Made by a program: the position numbers and the translations under genes. This document shows positions 36,026 to 38,508 of a stretch of 38,508 bases of DNA, one piece after another. The stretch covers positions 10,210-48,717 of the forward strand of contig JAHFUG010000003.1 of assembly GCA_023265195.1 (NCBI GenBank), read 5' to 3'. Under the pieces are notes generated by a model. That model worked only from the letters and a program-made list of their open reading frames with translations. It ran no database searches and had not been told where the DNA came from. This DNA comes from Blastocatellia bacterium. Its GTDB lineage: Bacteria; Acidobacteriota; Blastocatellia; UBA7656. Positions within the stretch are counted from its first letter, which is position 1; each line of letters starts with the position of its first letter.

Positions 36026-36793
36026 ATGAGAATAGCTACATGGAACGTCAATTCGGTTCGCACGCGGCTGCCGCGGCTGATTTCCTGGCTGGGCCGCCGC
36101 CAGCCGGACGTCGTGTGCCTGCAAGAAACCAAAGTAGTGGATGAAGCGTTCCCGCTAGCCGATATCGAGGCGTTGGGGTATCACTGCTTGCTGAACGGCC
36201 AGAAAACCTACAACGGCGTCGCTATACTCTCCCGCGTTCCGCCCTCCGGCGCCGTGCGGCTCTTGCCCGGGGACGAGTCTGACGCCGAACGGAGAATCTT
36301 GATCGCAACCATAGACGGAATTCATATCGTGAATGTATATGCGCCCAACGGTGGCGACGTTGGATTGCCGAAGTACGCATATAAGCTCGAATGGTATCGC
36401 CGCCTTCGTGAGTTTTTGGAAAGTTCGTTCGACGCATCCGATGACGTGCTCATATGCGGCGACTTTAATGTTGCTCCCGAAGACCGCGATGTCTGGGATC
36501 CACAAAAGTGGCGCGGTCAGATATTGTGCAGCGGCCCTGAAAGAGAAGCTCTGCGAAACCTGACGTCGTGGGGACTCAAGGACGCGTTAAGGCTGCATAG
36601 TTCGGAGGGGGGGCTTTATACGTGGTGGGATTATCGGGCGGGCGCGTTTCATCGGGGTTGGGGATTGCGGATCGATCACATCCTGGTGACCGAGCCGCTT
36701 GCCAAACGTTGCACCGATGTCGAAATCGACCGGAACGAACGCAAAGGAGAGAAACCTTCCGATCACGCTCCGGTCATCGCAACGCTGGAGTGA
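36026..36793 (+). CDS. xth: Exodeoxyribonuclease III
   Basis: IATWNVNS, LQETK, YNGVA, GDFNVAP, YTWWDYR, GLRIDHIL and PSDHAPV motifs. Confidence 0.96.
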   Translation: MRIATWNVNSVRTRLPRLISWLGRRQPDVVCLQETKVVDEAFPLADIEALGYHCLLNGQKTYNGVAILSRVPPSGAVRLLPGDESDAERRILIATIDGIHIVNVYAPNGGDVGLPKYAYKLEWYRRLREFLESSFDASDDVLICGDFNVAPEDRDVWDPQKWRGQILCSGPEREALRNLTSWGLKDALRLHSSEGGLYTWWDYRAGAFHRGWGLRIDHILVTEPLAKRCTDVEIDRNERKGEKPSDHAPVIATLE

Positions 36794-37022
36794 GACGCGG
36801 GTGACGTAGGAAGGCAAAGGCATGGGAAAATAGAAACCACGAAGTTCACGATGGGCGCGAAGCAAGGAGGACTATTGCTTCACCCTTCGCGATTAAATCG
36901 CCAACCTCGGGCCGAATCTCGAGCGTCCGCGCGACCCAGCGGGCCCGATGTTCATAGCCCCTCGAGTCAGGTGGAACTGCCCGATGACACGCGTAGCCGG
37001 GCCATGCAGTATCTTCGATACA

Positions 37023-37259
37023 TGGGCTTTGGCCATTTCGAGCTTCGCCTTTGGCAGGAAGATATTGGTTGGGTTCGCCAAACATCAAAAAGTCACGGGT
37101 GGGGGGGAAGAGGGACTTATCCCTGCTCCTTGCCTTGCTACAAGTTCGAGTGAACCGTAAGCTGAAGAGCTGGGATAAATACCTCTTCCCGACGTGTGAT
37201 TTGGCTGAAGCCGCCCGCGGAATTTCGATTTGGTCTTCCCCAAAAATGGCCAAACTCCA
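37023..37259. mobile_element. Palindromic MITE-like element with family A termini, copy 2
   Basis: TGGGCTTTGGCCATTT / AAATGGCCAAACTCCA termini; inner 23-bp inverted repeat (37106-37128 / 37167-37189); flanking direct repeats. Confidence 0.65.
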
Positions 37260-37285
37260 AGAGTATCTCCGATACAAGGTAAGAC

Positions 37286-38005
37286 TTGAAAACGCCGTTC
37301 CAAAAAGCCGATCTCGAATCCGCGTTAGCCGGCCGTTTCGGCTCGGCCGCCAAGTTGCGCGATAAACCGCCACAAGAATCCGCGTTGTTCGGGATCGAGG
37401 AAGTTGATTCGATAACAAGCGGACTGCCGCGCGGCGCTCTCTCGGAGTTTGTCGGGCCGGCGTCGTCAGGACGCACCAGCCTGATGCTGGCGGCTCTGGC
37501 CGCCGCAACGGCTCGCGATGAAGTCTGCGCGCTGGTCGACGTGAGTGACGCATTCGACGCCGTGTCCGGGGAGGCCGCCGGCATTGACCTGGATAGACTG
37601 CTCTGGATCCGATGCGGCGGAAATGGAGAGCACGCGCTCAAGGCCGCCGACCTGCTGCTGCAAGGCGGCGGCTTTGGCTTGGTTGCGCTCGACCTCGGTG
37701 ACGTCTCACCGCACGATCTTCGTCGAATCCAGCCGGCGTGGTGGTTTCGCTTTCGGCGCGCGATAGAAAACAAGTCAACGGTGATGCTGGTAGTCGCTCA
37801 GGAATCATGCGCCCGCTCTTCCGCGTCACTGGTGTTGGAGATGAAAAGAGAAGAGGCCGCATGGTCATCTCCCTTGGGATCTGAGGCGCGGCAATCGATT
37901 CCAGTCTGCTCTAATCTATTGCGCGGCTTCCAGATTCGAATCGAGCGCAACAAGCCAAACAAACTCGGTAAGAGAAGCGTAAGGATCAAGGCGATAGTCC
38001 AGTGA
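37286..38005 (+). CDS. imuA: ImuA-like RecA-fold protein
   Basis: GLPRGALSEFVGPASSGRTS (Walker A with K to R), CALVDVSDAFD, IDLDRLLWIR, ADLLLQGGGFGLVALD; too short and divergent to be RecA. Confidence 0.8.
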   Translation: MKTPFQKADLESALAGRFGSAAKLRDKPPQESALFGIEEVDSITSGLPRGALSEFVGPASSGRTSLMLAALAAATARDEVCALVDVSDAFDAVSGEAAGIDLDRLLWIRCGGNGEHALKAADLLLQGGGFGLVALDLGDVSPHDLRRIQPAWWFRFRRAIENKSTVMLVVAQESCARSSASLVLEMKREEAAWSSPLGSEARQSIPVCSNLLRGFQIRIERNKPNKLGKRSVRIKAIVQ

Positions 38006-38042
38006 GTGCGAAATCCCGCGCGGACAAGCCCGGGCGCATTCT

Positions 38043-38130
38043 TCCCGCCATCAGGAGGGCGCTGTTATAGAAGAGATCGGCGTGAGCATCCGCCCTCCGT
38101 TGGTAGGGCCGGCCCTCCTACAGAGGACGA
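38043..38130. repeat. Degenerate copy of the CCCTCC-GTA-GGAGGG REP core
   Basis: CAGGAGGGCGCTGTTATAG, TCCGCCCTCCGTTGGTAGGGCC and GGCCCTCCTACAGAGGACG match the arms at 9375-9564. Confidence 0.7.
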
Positions 38131-38190
38131 AAAGTTCTCGGCGCGCATGAACTTTCTTTGCTTCCGCATAGCGTGGTAGGATGCCGCCCT

Positions 38191-38508
38191 ATGCCCCACA
38201 AAGAAGCGGTTCGGCCAGTCAAGCTACTCTGTTTTCCCAAGACCAGCATCCTGACAAGCTCATTGTTCGCCCTGGTTTTTCTTTGCCTCATGCCTGCCGA
38301 GCTTTTCGCCCAGGACGCGAAAACAAAGGACGACAAGAAGGAAGAAAAGCAGCCCGAGCAATTCCTCGTTAAGAAGGTCACGCAGGGAATGGGCCTCGAT
38401 CGAATAGGTCCGTTGTCACCGGACGGAAAATCGGTCTTGCTGATAGGAAAGAAGCCGGATCGCATGCCGGCCCTGTACATAATGGATATCGCCGGCTTTG
38501 CGATTCGC
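38191..38508 (+). CDS. Secreted TolB/PD40-like protein, 5' part only (runs off the window)
   Basis: Own translation: MPHKEAVRPVKLLCFPKTSILTSSLFALVFLCLMPAELFAQDAK...PLSPDGKSVLLIG...ALYIMDI; signal peptide and SPDG motif. Not in the ORF track because it has no stop here. Confidence 0.65.
   Translation, partial: MPHKEAVRPVKLLCFPKTSILTSSLFALVFLCLMPAELFAQDAKTKDDKKEEKQPEQFLVKKVTQGMGLDRIGPLSPDGKSVLLIGKKPDRMPALYIMDIAGFAIR

Noticed and set aside
36850-37285. LexA box and small ORFs upstream of imuA
   Set aside because: No clean GTTC-N7-GTTC, GAAC-N4-GTTC or CTGT-N8-ACAG site was found; the ORFs overlap a palindromic element and lack motifs.
37286-38005. recA
   Set aside because: Only 239 aa, Walker A Lys replaced by Arg, and RecA signature motifs are absent.

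Overview
GC-rich bacterial chromosomal segment, probably Acidobacteriota (inferred from three tandem secreted Acidobacterial-type VWA genes and the general gene content). From left to right it holds: an exopolysaccharide export module (BY-kinase, ExeA-like ATPase, Wzz/GumC co-polymerase) with a divergent LuxR gene; a BON/DegP envelope cluster flanked by Zn-ribbon membrane proteins; STAS, TPR and TonB-C genes; a GntR(YtrA)-alpha/beta-hydrolase-DUF1648/DUF5808 operon with a visible promoter and operator; a decapitated caspase-family gene; an ECF sigma/anti-sigma/2x DUF4252-like operon; pgeF; three VWA paralogues; a decayed patch (beta-carbonic anhydrase and IS66 remnants, RHH and Zn-finger mini-genes); BatA/VWA genes lacking MoxR; a decaying phosphorelay; xth; an orphan imuA-like gene; and a partial TolB-like gene. 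No rRNA, tRNA, CRISPR array or intact transposase is supported. The most striking non-coding signal is a dense set of non-autonomous repeats: MITE-like elements, REP-like clusters and heptamer arrays. Three cases stand out. A 23 x 7-bp array lies inside the probable signal-peptide region of a VWA gene and is mirrored by an inverted array, making it a candidate phase or translation switch. Two ~235-bp elements share termini but carry unrelated palindromic cores. REP clusters sit exactly at gene or operon break points. Family names come from motif recognition by eye; no database search was run.
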